64,000 bases of DNA, from the NCBI GenBank assembly GCA_963921275.4, contig OZ001293.3, forward strand, positions 6,752,001 through 6,816,000, written 5' to 3'. This document shows positions 52,454 through 64,000 of this stretch, piece by piece (position 1 is the stretch's first letter; each line of letters opens with the position of its first letter). The stretch comes from an uncultured Hormoscilla sp. (GTDB taxonomy: Bacteria > Cyanobacteriota > Cyanobacteriia > Cyanobacteriales > Desertifilaceae). The notes beneath the pieces are model-generated. The model was not told where the DNA came from and made no database searches. It saw only the letters and a list, made by a program, of their open reading frames with translations. A program made the translations under genes and the position numbers.

Positions 52454-53893
52454 ATGGCTACCAGCGTTAAAACCTTAGTAAATCAACCCTACAAGTACGG
52501 CTTCGTCACTGATATTGAAACGGATACCATCCCTCGCGGCTTGAGTGAGGATATGGTGCGCCTGATATCGGCTAAAAAAGAGGAACCGGAATTTATGCTG
52601 GAATTTCGCCTCAAAGCTTACCGCAAGTGGCTGACGATGACAGAACCTACTTGGCCCCATGTCAGCTATCCCCCGATCGACTATCAGGACATTATCTATT
52701 ATTCAGCGCCGAAACAGAAAAAGGAAAAGCTGAATTCTCTCGATGAAGTGGATCCGGCCCTGCTAGAAACCTTCGAGAAGCTGGGTATCCCTTTATCCGA
52801 GCAAAAGCGTCTCTCTAATGTCGCCGTAGATGCCGTCTTCGATAGCGTCTCGATCGCCACCACCTTCAGAGAGAAACTGGCGAAGGAGGGAGTAATCTTT
52901 TGCTCGATCTCGGAAGCGGTAAAGGAATATCCCGAATTGGTCGAGAAGTATCTAGGCAGCGTGGTGCCAGCGGGCGATAATTACTTTGCAGCTCTCAACT
53001 CAGCCGTGTTCAGCGATGGTTCCTTTGTATATATTCCCAAAAATACGAAATGCCCGATGGAGTTGTCCACCTACTTTCGGATCAACAGCGGCGACACGGG
53101 ACAGTTCGAGCGTACACTGATTATCGCTTCCGAAGGCAGTAAAGTTTCCTATCTAGAAGGCTGCACCGCCCCGATGTACGACACCAACCAGTTGCACGCA
53201 GCAGTAGTAGAACTGGTCGCCCTGGATAATGCGGAAATCAAATATTCTACAGTGCAAAACTGGTACGCTGGGGATGCCAACGGCAAGGGTGGGATTTACA
53301 ACTTTGTCACCAAGCGGGGATTGTGTAAAGGGGTCAATTCCAAGATTTCCTGGACCCAGGTAGAAACGGGTTCGGCGATCACCTGGAAATATCCCAGCTG
53401 CGTATTAGTGGGGGATAACTCCGTGGGCGAGTTTTACTCCGTGGCCCTGACCAATAATAAGCAGCAAGCTGACACGGGCACTAAGATGGTGCATATCGGT
53501 AAAAACACTCGCAGCACGATTATTTCCAAGGGCATATCTGCTGGCAACTCCAAGAATAGCTATCGGGGTTTGGTGAAAGTTGGTCCGCAGGCAAAGGGGG
53601 CACGTAACTATTCTCAGTGCGACTCGATGCTAATTGGGGATAACGCCGAGGCGAACACTTTTCCCTATATCCAGGTGCAAGAGAATACTGGTAAGGTAGA
53701 ACACGAAGCTTCAACCTCCAAGATTGGAGAAGACCAACTGTTCTATTTTGCTCAACGGGGCATTTCGGCAGAAGACGCTGTTTCGATGATGATTAGTGGT
53801 TTCTGTAAGGATGTATTCAATCAGTTGCCGATGGAATTTGCTGTGGAAGCTGACCGGTTGTTGAGCCTGAAGTTAGAAGGTTCGGTTGGGTAA
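52454..53893 (+). CDS. sufB: Fe-S cluster assembly protein SufB
   Basis: [30 protein letters not shown]. Confidence 0.98.
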   Translation: MATSVKTLVNQPYKYGFVTDIETDTIPRGLSEDMVRLISAKKEEPEFMLEFRLKAYRKWLTMTEPTWPHVSYPPIDYQDIIYYSAPKQKKEKLNSLDEVDPALLETFEKLGIPLSEQKRLSNVAVDAVFDSVSIATTFREKLAKEGVIFCSISEAVKEYPELVEKYLGSVVPAGDNYFAALNSAVFSDGSFVYIPKNTKCPMELSTYFRINSGDTGQFERTLIIASEGSKVSYLEGCTAPMYDTNQLHAAVVELVALDNAEIKYSTVQNWYAGDANGKGGIYNFVTKRGLCKGVNSKISWTQVETGSAITWKYPSCVLVGDNSVGEFYSVALTNNKQQADTGTKMVHIGKNTRSTIISKGISAGNSKNSYRGLVKVGPQAKGARNYSQCDSMLIGDNAEANTFPYIQVQENTGKVEHEASTSKIGEDQLFYFAQRGISAEDAVSMMISGFCKDVFNQLPMEFAVEADRLLSLKLEGSVG

Positions 53894-54091
53894 AGATTAA
53901 CTTTAATCTGGTTCCCAGGCAGATCCTGGGAACCAAGTATGAGGCTCCCACCTCTAGTCACTCTCTGGTTTTCTGTCAGCATATGTGGGGAGGCAGAGCC
54001 TCAAAAAGAACGTTCCCAGGCGGGAGCCTGGGAACGAGAAAAATGATGGCTCCCGCCAGGGAACGAGAAAATATATCAGAAGAGGTAAGGA

Positions 54092-54895
54092 ATGATCGTT
54101 GAAAACAGCGAAGTTATTTTGTCTGTCCGGAATTTAAAGGCGGATGTGGATGGTACCCAGATTCTTAAGGGTTTGAATCTGGAAATTAAGGCTGGAGAAA
54201 TCCATGCTATTATGGGACCGAATGGATCGGGAAAGAGTACCTTTTCTAAGGTGTTAGCAGGTCATCCAGCTTACGAGGTAACTGGCGGAGAGGTACTCTT
54301 CAAAGGAGAAAATCTGCTGGAGATGGAACCGGAAGACAGGGCTGTGGCAGGAGTGTTTCTGGCTTTTCAGTATCCGATGGAAATTCCAGGGGTTAGCAAT
54401 CTAGATTTCTTGCGGGTGGCTTACAATTCCCGCCGCAAGCAACAGGGACTGGAAGAGTTAGATGCTTTTGATTTCCAAGATTTGGTAGAAGAAAAGCTAG
54501 AGGTAGTGAAGATGAATCCGGCTTTTTTGAACCGGAGTCTTAATGAGGGCTTTTCTGGTGGAGAGAAGAAGCGGAATGAAATTCTGCAAATGGCTTTACT
54601 GGAACCGACATTGGCAATTCTGGATGAGACAGATTCTGGTTTGGATATTGATGCTTTGAAGATTGTCGCTTTCGGGGTGAACCAGTTGGCAAAACCAGAA
54701 AATGCTACTCTCATGATTACCCACTATCAAAGGTTACTCAATTATATTGTCCCCGACTACGTTCACGTGATGGTAGGTGGACGGATTCTGACTACTGGCG
54801 GGAAGGAATTGGCCCTGGAATTGGAGTCCCGTGGTTATGATTGGGCGATCGCTCCAGATGCAGAAGATGCAGTAAAGGTAGGTGCAGCAGTATGA
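54092..54895 (+). CDS. sufC: Fe-S cluster assembly ATPase SufC
   Basis: [30 protein letters not shown]. Confidence 0.98.
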   Translation: MIVENSEVILSVRNLKADVDGTQILKGLNLEIKAGEIHAIMGPNGSGKSTFSKVLAGHPAYEVTGGEVLFKGENLLEMEPEDRAVAGVFLAFQYPMEIPGVSNLDFLRVAYNSRRKQQGLEELDAFDFQDLVEEKLEVVKMNPAFLNRSLNEGFSGGEKKRNEILQMALLEPTLAILDETDSGLDIDALKIVAFGVNQLAKPENATLMITHYQRLLNYIVPDYVHVMVGGRILTTGGKELALELESRGYDWAIAPDAEDAVKVGAAV

Positions 54896-56274
54896 GTATA
54901 GCTTCTGTTGAAAGGATTGTGGATGACTCAAAGCGCGATCGCTATCTGATAGAGTTGCTGCAAGAACGTCGCTCACTGAATACGCAAGCAATGAACGCGG
55001 AAATGACGGCGTGGTTGCAAGCAATTCGAGAACATGCGGCGGTGTTAGTGACGGAAAGTATTTTTCCGACTAAGCGGGATGAAGAATGGCGGTTTACGGA
55101 CTTGTCGCCCTTGTTGGCGGTGGAGTTTGCAGGGGTTAGTGGCGATAAGGTATCCTCTGTCAGGGAATTGAGTCTCGCCGAAGCGGATAGTAGTTGCTTG
55201 GTATTTGTCAATGGCATTTATGCACCGCAGTTGTCGGATGTAAGTGGGTTGCCAGAAAATGTGTTTGTGGGTAATTTGCTGGCAGGCAAGATCCCACAAG
55301 CAGAGTTGAAAAAATATCTGGCCAAGCAACAGGGGGCTGAGGAGGTATTTACATTACTTAACACGGCGAGTCTGACGGATGCGGCTATAGTTTGGGTGCC
55401 GAAAAATCAGGTAGTTTCGCAACCTATTCATTTGCTGTTTATCTCAACTAGGGGCGAGGTGGCGACTATTTCTCAGCCTCGCTGTCTGGTGGTAGCGGAA
55501 GCGGGTAGTAGTTTAACCATAGTTGAAGATTACACCGCAGCGGCGAATTGCCCGGATGCCCTGCTTCAGAACCCCTATTTCACTAATACAGTGACGGAAA
55601 TTTGGGTGGGGGAAAATGCTGAGGTCAACCACACGAGAGTGCAACGAGAAGCTGGCGTGGCTTTTCATATTGGTAAAAGCGCGATCGCCCAAGCCCGGGA
55701 TAGCCGCTATACTTGTAATGCCATTAGCTTGGGGGCCAGGTTATCTCGGCATAATCTGGAAGTATGGCAAAATGGTGAGGGTACTCAGACAACTCTCAAT
55801 GGCTTGACCCAGATTTCGGGCCAACAGCTGGCAGATACCCATAACGCGATCAGCTACAATCATGCCAATGGAACTAGCAAGCAGCTGCATAAGTGCATTG
55901 TAGATGGCAAAGCCCATGCAGTCTTTAACGGCAAAATCTTTGTCCCCAAACCCGCCCAGCTAACAGATGCGGCACAGTTAAATCGTAACTTATTACTGTC
56001 GCCTCAAGCCCGGGTGGATACTAAGCCTCAGCTAGAGATTACTGCTGATAATGTCAAATGCGCTCACGGTGCCACTGTCGGTCAGCTAGACCCAGAGGAG
56101 GTATTTTATCTGCAAAGTCGCGGTTTAAACCGGGAAACTAGCCGCAATTTGCTAGTTGATGCATTTGCTGGAGAAATTCTCGATCGCATTCCCGTGGCTT
56201 CCTTAAAGATAAGCCCCCACGCCCGAACCCTAAAGGGTCCGGCTACACGAACAAATCCCGCCTGCGCGGGCTAA
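54892..56274 (+). CDS. sufD: Fe-S cluster assembly protein SufD
   Basis: [37 protein letters not shown]. Confidence 0.96.
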   Translation: MSIASVERIVDDSKRDRYLIELLQERRSLNTQAMNAEMTAWLQAIREHAAVLVTESIFPTKRDEEWRFTDLSPLLAVEFAGVSGDKVSSVRELSLAEADSSCLVFVNGIYAPQLSDVSGLPENVFVGNLLAGKIPQAELKKYLAKQQGAEEVFTLLNTASLTDAAIVWVPKNQVVSQPIHLLFISTRGEVATISQPRCLVVAEAGSSLTIVEDYTAAANCPDALLQNPYFTNTVTEIWVGENAEVNHTRVQREAGVAFHIGKSAIAQARDSRYTCNAISLGARLSRHNLEVWQNGEGTQTTLNGLTQISGQQLADTHNAISYNHANGTSKQLHKCIVDGKAHAVFNGKIFVPKPAQLTDAAQLNRNLLLSPQARVDTKPQLEITADNVKCAHGATVGQLDPEEVFYLQSRGLNRETSRNLLVDAFAGEILDRIPVASLKISPHARTLKGPATRTNPACAG

Positions 56275-56401
56275 TAGGTATCTCCAACATGCCAAGGATG
56301 AGCCATTCGCAATCAGCCATTCACAATTTTCAATTAGCCATTAGCGATTAGCCATTAGCCATTCACAATTAGCCATTCCCAATTCACCATTTGCAAAGAT
56401 T

Positions 56402-57667
56402 ATGATGACTCTCACTCAGGAAATAACTATTGCTGCATTAACTCGCGGTGACTTCCCTATTTTGCAGCAGGAAGTTAATGGTAAACCTCTGGTTTATCTG
56501 GATAATGCTGCTACTTCCCAAAAGCCGATCGCTGTTTTAAATACTTTGCGGGATTATTACTCGGAGTATAATTCTAACGTGCATCGAGGCGTTCATACCC
56601 TCAGCGCCAAGGCAACAGATGCTTATGAGGGGACGCGGGATAAAATTGCCAATTTTATCCATGCTGCGGTGCCGGAAGAAATTGTTTACACCCGCAATGC
56701 TAGTGAAGCGATTAATTTAGTCGCCTACAGTTGGGGCTTGAATAATTTACAAAAGGGAGATGAAATTATCCTCTCGCTGATGGAACATCACAGTAATTTG
56801 ATTCCCTGGCAGATGATTGCTCAAAAAACTGGTGCAGTGCTCAAGTTTGTGGAACTGACTGCTAATGAGGAATTAGATTTAGATCATTTTAAGTCTCTGG
56901 TTTCCGATAAGACAAAACTGGTGGCTGTGGTTCATGTTTCTAATACGCTCGGTTGTATTAATCCCGTACATAAAATTTGTGCGATCGCTCATCAATATGG
57001 GGCAAAAGTGTTAATTGATGCTTGCCAAAGTATCCCCCATATGGTAGTTGACGTGCAGGCGATTGACTGTGACTGGCTGGTGGCTTCCGGACATAAGATG
57101 TGCGCCCCCACGGGCATTGGGTTCCTGTATGGAAAACGGGAATTACTGCGATCTATGCCGCCATTTTTGGGCGGTGGCGAGATGATTGCCGACGTGTTTC
57201 TGGAACATGCTACCTATGCAGATGTGCCCCATAAGTTTGAGGCGGGAACTCCGGCCATTGGAGAGACGATCGCCTTGGGTGCAGCGGTAGATTACCTGAC
57301 AAACATTGGCATGGAGAAAATTCACACCTACGAAGCCGAATTGACAGCTTATTTATTCGAGCAATTGGGTAAAATACCGGAAGTGCAAGTTTACGGACCG
57401 CAACCGAAAGCTAATGGGGAAGGAAGGGCTGCATTAGCATCATTTACAGCTGGAGACGTTCACCCCCACGACCTGTCTACAATTTTAGACCAAGCTGGGG
57501 TAGCAATTCGGGCAGGACATCATTGCACGCAGCCATTACATCGGGCCTTGGGGGTGCAGTCAACTGCCAGGGCGAGTTTGTATTTCTACAACACCCGGGA
57601 AGAAATTGACCTCTTCATCGCCGCATTGCAGGAAGCTGTAGAGTTTTTTGGCAGCATTTTCGGTTAA
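56402..57667 (+). CDS. sufS: Cysteine desulfurase SufS
   Basis: [27 protein letters not shown]. Confidence 0.97.
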   Translation: MMTLTQEITIAALTRGDFPILQQEVNGKPLVYLDNAATSQKPIAVLNTLRDYYSEYNSNVHRGVHTLSAKATDAYEGTRDKIANFIHAAVPEEIVYTRNASEAINLVAYSWGLNNLQKGDEIILSLMEHHSNLIPWQMIAQKTGAVLKFVELTANEELDLDHFKSLVSDKTKLVAVVHVSNTLGCINPVHKICAIAHQYGAKVLIDACQSIPHMVVDVQAIDCDWLVASGHKMCAPTGIGFLYGKRELLRSMPPFLGGGEMIADVFLEHATYADVPHKFEAGTPAIGETIALGAAVDYLTNIGMEKIHTYEAELTAYLFEQLGKIPEVQVYGPQPKANGEGRAALASFTAGDVHPHDLSTILDQAGVAIRAGHHCTQPLHRALGVQSTARASLYFYNTREEIDLFIAALQEAVEFFGSIFG

Positions 57668-57719
57668 AATGGTAGGGTGGGCAATGCCCACCTTCCTGTC
57701 GCTATATGGTGAAAAATTA

Positions 57720-58557
57720 ATGCAAAAATTACCTCAAGAGATGAAATTGCTAACCTACGTGCTGTGGGGATATGTTCTTCTTGCAAGCATACTCGTCAAT
57801 TTGAAATTGATTAAAGAGGAATTGGTTGCAGTAGGATTTTTGACTATTACACCGCTAGCAATAATCCTAGCATGGATGTTTACTAGTAAAAATAGTATCT
57901 TCTATGCAGTACGCGACGGAAATATTGATACAGTTAGAAAATATCTAGAACGGAGATGTTAATGCAGCAAAAGATACAGATGGCTATACTATGCTGCACT
58001 TAGCAGCGCAAGACGGGCATCAGGAAATAGTAGCACTACTGATAGCTAACAGTGCCGATGTGAATGCCAAAAGAAATGATGGCGCTACTCCACTGCATTG
58101 GGCAGTAGGTAATGGTCACTCAGAGGTAGTAAATTTGCTAATCCAGCAAGGGGCAGATGTTAACGAAAAAGATGATAATGGCTGTATTTCACTGCATTTA
58201 GTACCAGTTAAAGGGATAACAGATATGGCACTGTTGCTGATTGAAAACGGTGCCGAAGTTAATGCGAAAACAAATAACAACTATACCCCACTTCACTTAA
58301 CTGTAGCCTGTAACGCCGATCAAATAGCAGCTTTATTAATCGATAATGGCGCAGAGGTAGATGCCCAGGATAAAAATGAAAACACGCCACTACATTGGGC
58401 AGCAAGCAGAGGTCTAACAGATATAGCAACGCTGCTACTCGATCGTGGCGCAGATGTTAATGCTAGGACTAATAATGGTAAAACTCCACTGCAACTAGCG
58501 TTAGACGCCAACCACTCGCAGCTGGCAGAACTACTCAGAAGTTATGGCGAAACCTAG
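57720..58557 (+). pseudogene. Membrane-anchored ankyrin-repeat protein with a frameshift near 57950
   Basis: Two TM helices, then SIFYAVRDGNIDTVRKYL | DVNA..; about 6 TPLH..A..G..ADVNA repeats. Confidence 0.85.
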
Positions 58558-58613
58558 GGTTGGCAATTTCAGATGTAGTTAAAATGACTCTGTGTTACAA
58601 TTAAGGTAAATCA

Positions 58614-58895
58614 ATGGAAATTTAGAGCGAGTCTCATACCCGGGAACGGGCGGAAGAACGCGGTACTACTGAAGACGAAATTAGAGATGCGATCCTCACA
58701 GGGTTTTCTATCCTGGGTAAGCGTGGGCGATTGCGCAGCGCGCACGCTTCGCGATTGGGCAAGGGCAAAATCTATGAATTTAACCAAACGAGAAACGGCA
58801 AATACTACGAGGAAAAGCGGGTGGAGGTTTTCTATGTGATCGAGGACAATGTCATAATAACTGTGACAGTATACGTATTTTATGGAAAGTGGTAA
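58614..58895 (+). pseudogene. DUF4258 (RelE/BrnT-like) toxin remnant
   Basis: HTRERAEERGTTEDEI..IL.G...IITVTVYVFYGKW with an early stop and a short palindromic insert. Confidence 0.65.
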
Positions 58896-58896
58896 A

Positions 58897-59240
58897 ATGC
58901 AGATTATCTACAACACCAAGTCAGATTGACTTTACCTGCAGATGAGCGCAAGCAGCAGGTGACTAACCAGGGAAGAAGTTGTGGCGTTGCACAATCACGG
59001 GATGATGGGTCTCTTTGCATAAGTCTTAAACGTAGACTATAAGCCACTTTCAGTTATGTGCAAACAATGACATCATCCCCAAAATGTGCAACAGTTGTCT
59101 TAGATATTGGGGAAAATGATAAGATTGTAGGCATTGAGATTCTGGATGCTTCCCAGAATGTGAATTTGTCAAGTCTGTTGCTGGTGAACCAGGAAGTTGT
59201 TTATCAGAGGATAGATACTCCTGCGATCCAATTAACTTAA
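58897..59240 (+). pseudogene. DUF2283 antitoxin remnant interrupted by a MITE
   Basis: MQIIYNTKSD*LYL ... VVLDIGENDKIVGIEILDAS. Confidence 0.7.
58983..59092. mobile_element. MITE with GGCGTTGCACA..GGGATGAT ends (related copies at 62163-62332 and 62428-62569)
   Basis: Terminal inverted repeats; flanking duplications AGTTGT (here) and ACATT (62158/62333). Confidence 0.75.
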
Positions 59241-59484
59241 CTGCTGTATCCTCGTCCGGTGTCTCTCGGGTAGTGCGAATACGATATCTCCGGAGTAGTG
59301 CGAATGGCGCTTTCCGGAGACATCGAGATCCCGAGAGACACCGCCCGCCTGTCCTACTTCTAGGGGCGATCGCATCCGGGAGATCGATCTGCTTGAATTA
59401 AAAAACCTGTTTTCTGGCCTGGGTTTCCGAGTTTTGTCCTGGGAAACCGGTTTCAGAAATCGCTATCGAGCAACGGGAGCCCTG

Positions 59485-59942
59485 GTGACTACCTACTTCT
59501 TGGATACCAGCGCGATATTCAAACACTATGTTACGGAAATCAGCACTTCCTGGATCCGATCGCTGACTGCCCCGGATACTGGCAACATAATATATATTGC
59601 CGAAATCACCAGAGTAGAAATAATTAGCGCCCTAGCACACGCTACGCTGTTATCGGGAAGGAAGTCAGTCTGCTGCTTAGGTGAACCGGATTATCTCAAT
59701 CCTTCGCATTCACCTCGCTAACCAGTATGATCGAGCCCTGCGAAATGCTCCTAGAATTAGCAGGATTACTGCTATTAGTACATCCGCTGCGTGCCTATGA
59801 TGCCGTACAATTGGCATCGGCAATGTTAGCCCAATTCCGTCTGGAAACGGCATCTCTGGTATTTCTGACGGCGGACGATCGCCTGCTGACGGCGGCGGCG
59901 GCGGAAGGCTTGCTGACGGATAATCACAATCTCCACCCCTAA
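59485..59942 (+). pseudogene. VapC-like PIN toxin, fragmented
   Basis: YFLDTSA..K.Y..E...; HPLRAYDAVQLASA, FLTADDRL. Confidence 0.75.
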
Positions 59943-60079
59943 ACCCGATCGCAAATCAGCCCGCGTGGCTGTACCGGTGGCGGCCTCGGGTCAGGAAAAA
60001 AAATTTTTTGCTCTAGGGGTTGACGAATCAGAAAAAATGCGTCATGATGGTTAGGGGCAGTGAAAACTGCACTAGATAA

Positions 60080-60163
60080 GCGGAACTGGCGGAATTGGTA
60101 GACGCGCTAGATTCAGGTTCTAGTGTCCGCAAGGACTTCGGGGTTCAAGTCCCCGGTTCCGCA
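60080..60163 (+). tRNA. trnL: tRNA-Leu (anticodon CAG)
   Basis: GCGGAAC/GTTCCGC acceptor stem, CTAGA-TTCAGGT-TCTAG anticodon arm, long variable arm, GTTCAAGTC T-loop; upstream TTGACG-N17-CATGAT. Confidence 0.97.
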
Positions 60164-60164
60164 T

Positions 60165-60980
60165 ATGATATTGACCAGTCTGAAAAACCCCCTGGTAAAG
60201 CAACTCAGAAAGCTGCACCAGGCTAAAGGGCGTCGCGAACAGCAGTTGTTTCTGCTGGAAGGCACCCATTTGCTGGAAGTCGCCTGTGCTGTGGATTATC
60301 CCCTAGTGACGGTTTGTTGCACGACCGATTGGTTGGCACGTCATGGCCCCCTCTGGGAAAATGCCTGCCGACAGTGCCAGCGCACCGAGTTAGTCTCTCC
60401 TGAGGTGATGCAGGCGATCGCCACCACCGTCCATCCCGATGGGGTGGTGGCCACGGCCCAGCCGCGATCGCAATCGGTGACGCTGCCGACCAGATTGGGG
60501 TTAGCATTGGAAAAAGTCCAAGACCCTGGCAACTTAGGTACAACGATCAGAACTGCGGTAGCTGCCGGTGCAGAGGGTTTGTGGCTGAGTGCCGACAGCG
60601 TGGATATTCACCATCCCAAGCTATTGCGGGCCTCAGCAGGTGAATTGTTCCGGTTGCCAGTCGCCGTCAGTCCCGACTTAAAAGATATCGTCGAAAGCTG
60701 CCAACGGCAGGGAATACAGGTGGTGGCAACATCTTCCCTAGCTGATAATATTTACTGGGAAATAGACTTGAGCTGTCCGACGCTGATTTTGCTGGGCAAT
60801 GAAGGTGCCGGTTTATCCCCTGATTTGGCAGCTTTGGCAGATCGGCAAGCGAAAATTCCCCTAGCTGGTGGGGTAGAGTCCTTAAATGTGGCGATCGCCG
60901 CTGCCTTAGTTCTGTACGAGGCCCAACGCCAAGGCCGGATAATCGGCAACTCGGTCTGGAAAAACAATCACGGAATTTGA
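60165..60980 (+). CDS. TrmH/SpoU-family RNA methyltransferase
   Basis: QDPGNLGT, GNEGAGL, ESLNVAIA. Confidence 0.95.
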   Translation: MILTSLKNPLVKQLRKLHQAKGRREQQLFLLEGTHLLEVACAVDYPLVTVCCTTDWLARHGPLWENACRQCQRTELVSPEVMQAIATTVHPDGVVATAQPRSQSVTLPTRLGLALEKVQDPGNLGTTIRTAVAAGAEGLWLSADSVDIHHPKLLRASAGELFRLPVAVSPDLKDIVESCQRQGIQVVATSSLADNIYWEIDLSCPTLILLGNEGAGLSPDLAALADRQAKIPLAGGVESLNVAIAAALVLYEAQRQGRIIGNSVWKNNHGI

Positions 60981-61424
60981 AGAATTTTATAGCCCAAGGC
61001 AGATGAGGGCTGTCGCCCTCACAGGGAATTGACTCGCGATGTATTAGTATTAAGGGGTTGTAGAGGAAAAAAGATGAAAACAGCTAACTCAAGTTGCTAC
61101 CTATTAAAATTTATACGTCCCAGACAGCCATTTTTTGCAAATATATCAGAAAAAATGCCATTTTAGGGTAAGTCACAAGGCAATTTTTGCTGATTTTTGC
61201 TGATTTTGGTGTTGAGGTTCTATAGGTAGCAACTTAGGTAAACAGCTACAGCAGGAAAAATAAAATCTCTGACTAGAGGAACAGCAGTGCGGCTGCTGGG
61301 GATCTTCGTCGCCAGTGGAGAGGCGATCGCCTTAAGCTTTGAAGCTCAATTCGCTAAGGAATTGGGGTACAGTGGAGAGCAAGTGGGGTCTAATGGATTG
61401 GAGGTATAAATCAAGCCGCTGTTA

Positions 61425-61761
61425 ACAACAGCGGGAGATCCATCAGGGCGACTCAGGAGGACCAACCTTCATTGATGGAGCGATCGCTGGGATTACTTCC
61501 TTTGGTAACCGGTTGGAATATAGTGATGATAGTGCTTCCTCTGACATTGACAATATCTTGAATTATTCTTTCGGAGAGTTTACTTTTGATACCCGCGTGT
61601 TATCCTACGCTGATTGGATCGACAATATTCTCAATGAGTGGTACAGTAATAACAACCCAGGAGATGGCAGTCCAGGAGATGGGGGCACTCCAGTTAGCGT
61701 ACCAGAACCCAGTACGCTAGCTGGACCCAGACCTGCCCACTTGGCGCAGGTCTCCTGCTAA
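61425..61761 (+). pseudogene. C-terminal remnant of a trypsin-like serine protease with PEP-CTERM sorting motif
   Basis: GDSGGPTFIDGAIAGITSFG..SFGE...TRV..YADWI..VPEPSTLAG; N-terminus and TM tail missing. Confidence 0.7.
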
Positions 61762-62681
61762 GAGGGAAAAGCGTCGGTCTGATCAAAACAGATCGGAAGG
61801 CTAGAGGCCTGATGTCAATTGCAAATTGTTAATCACGAATAGATTCAGGGAATTAACAATCAACAATTAAAAATCCTCATGGCCTGACTCGGAGTGCTGG
61901 GAATTGATAAATTCCTCAATGTCTGCTACAGCTGCTTCTAAGGCACCAGCATCGATCAGTGCTGGTGCTGGAGTTTAGTGGGGGCGATCGCCAGTTCGGT
62001 CGCGAGGCCAGGTAGTTTTTGCTTTCGGCATTTCTTTTTCATCAGCAAGCAGTGTTTCCTGCAATTGGTCCAGGGAGTTAAGAAACTATTTTTGGGCAGA
62101 AACACGCAGATGTTGTTCTTCTTGATTCATAATGGATTGACTCCAGTATAATAAAAAACATTGGCGTTGCACATTTTTGGGATGATAGCAGCCAATTGTT
62201 GAAAATTTCACTTTGGCTAATTGCTAATTGAAAAAAGTAAATACATCTATTCATGACCCAAAATGACTATCGAGATTAACCTTTGAGTATTAGCAATTAG
62301 CAAGCATTATCATCCCGGAGTTGTGCAACGTCACATTAAAGTTGGCCTAAGTTGCATGGATATAGCAGCACCGATAGATTTTGCGATCGCTTGAGCACAC
62401 AGGTATGGTAACGTACCCAGAAAAAAACGTTGCACATTTTTGGGATGATAGCAGTCATGGTTGAAAATTGAAAAGCGGTTATTTGTCTATTCATGAACAT
62501 CTATAACTATTTAAATTGACCATTGACAATTAATAATTTTCAACCCTTATCATCCCGGAGTTGTGCAACACGCTACGCTAAAAACAATTGCAGGTGACTG
62601 GTAGAATAACCTCATGCCTGGTATGCGGGAGGGATTACCTTCGGCTAAGATAAAAGGCGATCGGGCTTGGTGGAGTTGAAG

Positions 62682-64000
62682 ATGTCTCAAGATTTTGATT
62701 ACGATTTGGCGATTATCGGTGCAGGGGTGGGCGGACATGGTGCTGCGATACATGCTGTCAGCTGCGGACTGCACGTGGCAATAATGGAAGCAGGAGAGAT
62801 GGGAGGAACCTGTATTAATCGCGGTTGCATTCCCTCAAAAGCCCTGCTGGCAGCAGCAGGACGGGTGCGAGAACTGCATGATGCCCACCATCTCAAAACT
62901 TTGGGCATACAAATAGCCGGTGTGGAGTTCGACCGCCAGGCGATCGCGGACCATGCGGGTAACATCGTTAGCAAAATACGGGGGGACATGACTAATAGTC
63001 TCAAACGCCTGGGGGTAGATACGATCAAAGGTTGGGGTAAGCTAGCGGGTCCGCAAAAGGTAACAGTGGCCACGGATGCAGGGGAGAAAACCATTACGGC
63101 CAAAGATATCATCCTGGCACCGGGTTCGGTCCCCTGGGTACCTCCAGGGATTGAAATAGATGGCAAAACAGTCTTTACTAGCGATGATGCCTTGAAGCTA
63201 GACTGGCTACCACCTTGGGTGGCGATTATCGGCAGCGGCTATATTGGCTTGGAGTTTTCCGACATCTACACCGCCTTAGGCTGCGAAATTACCATGATCG
63301 AAGCCCTAGACCAGCTGATGCCAGCTTTTGACCCGGATATTGCTAAGTTGGCCAAGCGCGTGCTGATCGATCCTCGTGATATAGAAACTAAGGTGGGCAT
63401 GCTGGCGAAAAAGGTGACTCCGGGTTCGCCAGTAGTAATTGAACTGGCAGATGCGAAAACGGAAGAAGTGGTAGAGGTTCTAGAAGTAGATGCTTGTCTG
63501 GTGGCGACGGGACGCATCCCCGTGGCTAAAAACATGGGGTTGGAATTATTAGGTGTGGAACTGGACCGCAAAGGCTTTATTCCCGTTAATGGCAAAATGG
63601 CAGTGTTGGCGGACGGCGAACCCGTACCCCATTTGTGGGCCATTGGCGACGCAACTGGTAAGATGATGCTGGCCCACGCGGCATCGGCCCAAGGCATTAC
63701 GGTGGTGGAAAATGTTTGCAGGCGCGAACGCTGCGCGAAAAATCAGGAAGTAGACTATAGCAGTATCCCCGCAGCAGCCTTTACTCATCCAGAAATTAGC
63801 TATGTGGGTATGACTGAACCTCAAGCCAAGGAATTGGGTGCAGTCGTGGGATTTGAAGTGGCCTCAGTACGGACCTACTTTAAGGGTAACTCTAAGGCGA
63901 TCGCCTCTGGGGAAACGGACGGGATAGCCAAAGTTATCTATCGTCAAGATACGGGAAAACTGCTGGGAGTCCACATTCTGGGCGCCCACGCCTCGGATCT
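62682..64000 (+). CDS. lpdA: Dihydrolipoamide dehydrogenase (runs off the window end)
   Basis: [54 protein letters not shown]. Confidence 0.96.
   Translation, partial: MSQDFDYDLAIIGAGVGGHGAAIHAVSCGLHVAIMEAGEMGGTCINRGCIPSKALLAAAGRVRELHDAHHLKTLGIQIAGVEFDRQAIADHAGNIVSKIRGDMTNSLKRLGVDTIKGWGKLAGPQKVTVATDAGEKTITAKDIILAPGSVPWVPPGIEIDGKTVFTSDDALKLDWLPPWVAIIGSGYIGLEFSDIYTALGCEITMIEALDQLMPAFDPDIAKLAKRVLIDPRDIETKVGMLAKKVTPGSPVVIELADAKTEEVVEVLEVDACLVATGRIPVAKNMGLELLGVELDRKGFIPVNGKMAVLADGEPVPHLWAIGDATGKMMLAHAASAQGITVVENVCRRERCAKNQEVDYSSIPAAAFTHPEISYVGMTEPQAKELGAVVGFEVASVRTYFKGNSKAIASGETDGIAKVIYRQDTGKLLGVHILGAHASD

Noticed and set aside
26527..57695. Scattered GTAGGGTGGGCA..GCCCACC, AAGAAACC.GGTTTCT, CTCGTTCCCAGG..CCTGGGAACGAG and heptamer repeats, and HIP1 sites
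   Set aside because: Ordinary dispersed cyanobacterial repeats with no locus-specific organisation beyond the cases reported.
60080..60163. tRNA-Leu as an integration site
   Set aside because: No duplicated 3' tRNA fragment or integrase seen; the trmH-family gene follows immediately.
62699..63824. Minus-strand ORFs at the window end
   Set aside because: Shadows of plus-strand lpdA, which is missing from the ORF track because it has no stop within the window.

Overview
64-kb chromosomal window from a cyanobacterium (abundant HIP1 octamer GCGATCGC; cyanobacterial-type trpB, groES-groEL with K-box and CIRCE, coxBAC, sufR-ftrC-sufBCDS, tRNA-Leu/trmH/lpdA). The many eukaryote-like repeat proteins (LRR, cadherin, ankyrin), pseudogenes, MITEs and REP-like palindromes suggest a host-associated filamentous lineage (inference only). 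Main accessory content: (1) a segmental duplication (about 774-13496 versus 21153-24437) that decayed reciprocally, leaving trpB intact in one copy and comEC intact in the other; (2) three paralogous DUF4347-LRR-cadherin surface-protein genes whose 72-bp LRR units have a nearly invariant DNA scaffold and hypervariable surface codons; (3) a co-oriented cassette of four excisionase-like HTH paralogues, a PIN toxin, a small unknown protein and an SF2-helicase/Z1 protein (candidate defence locus); (4) an orphan HEARO/omega-RNA-like element that has lost its iscB; (5) an 8-kb island bracketed by direct repeats, carrying an HTH-AAA_35 protein, an array of operator-like motifs, a ferritin-like remnant, lodA/lodB-type CTQ oxidase genes, a signal-peptide-bearing AGE-family epimerase and a DJ-1/PfpI remnant, with an alpha-1,4-glucan-lyase-like GH31 fragment about 7 kb away. 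Several single-base frameshifts lie in short homopolymers and may be assembly errors. All family assignments come from motif recognition by eye; no searches were run.
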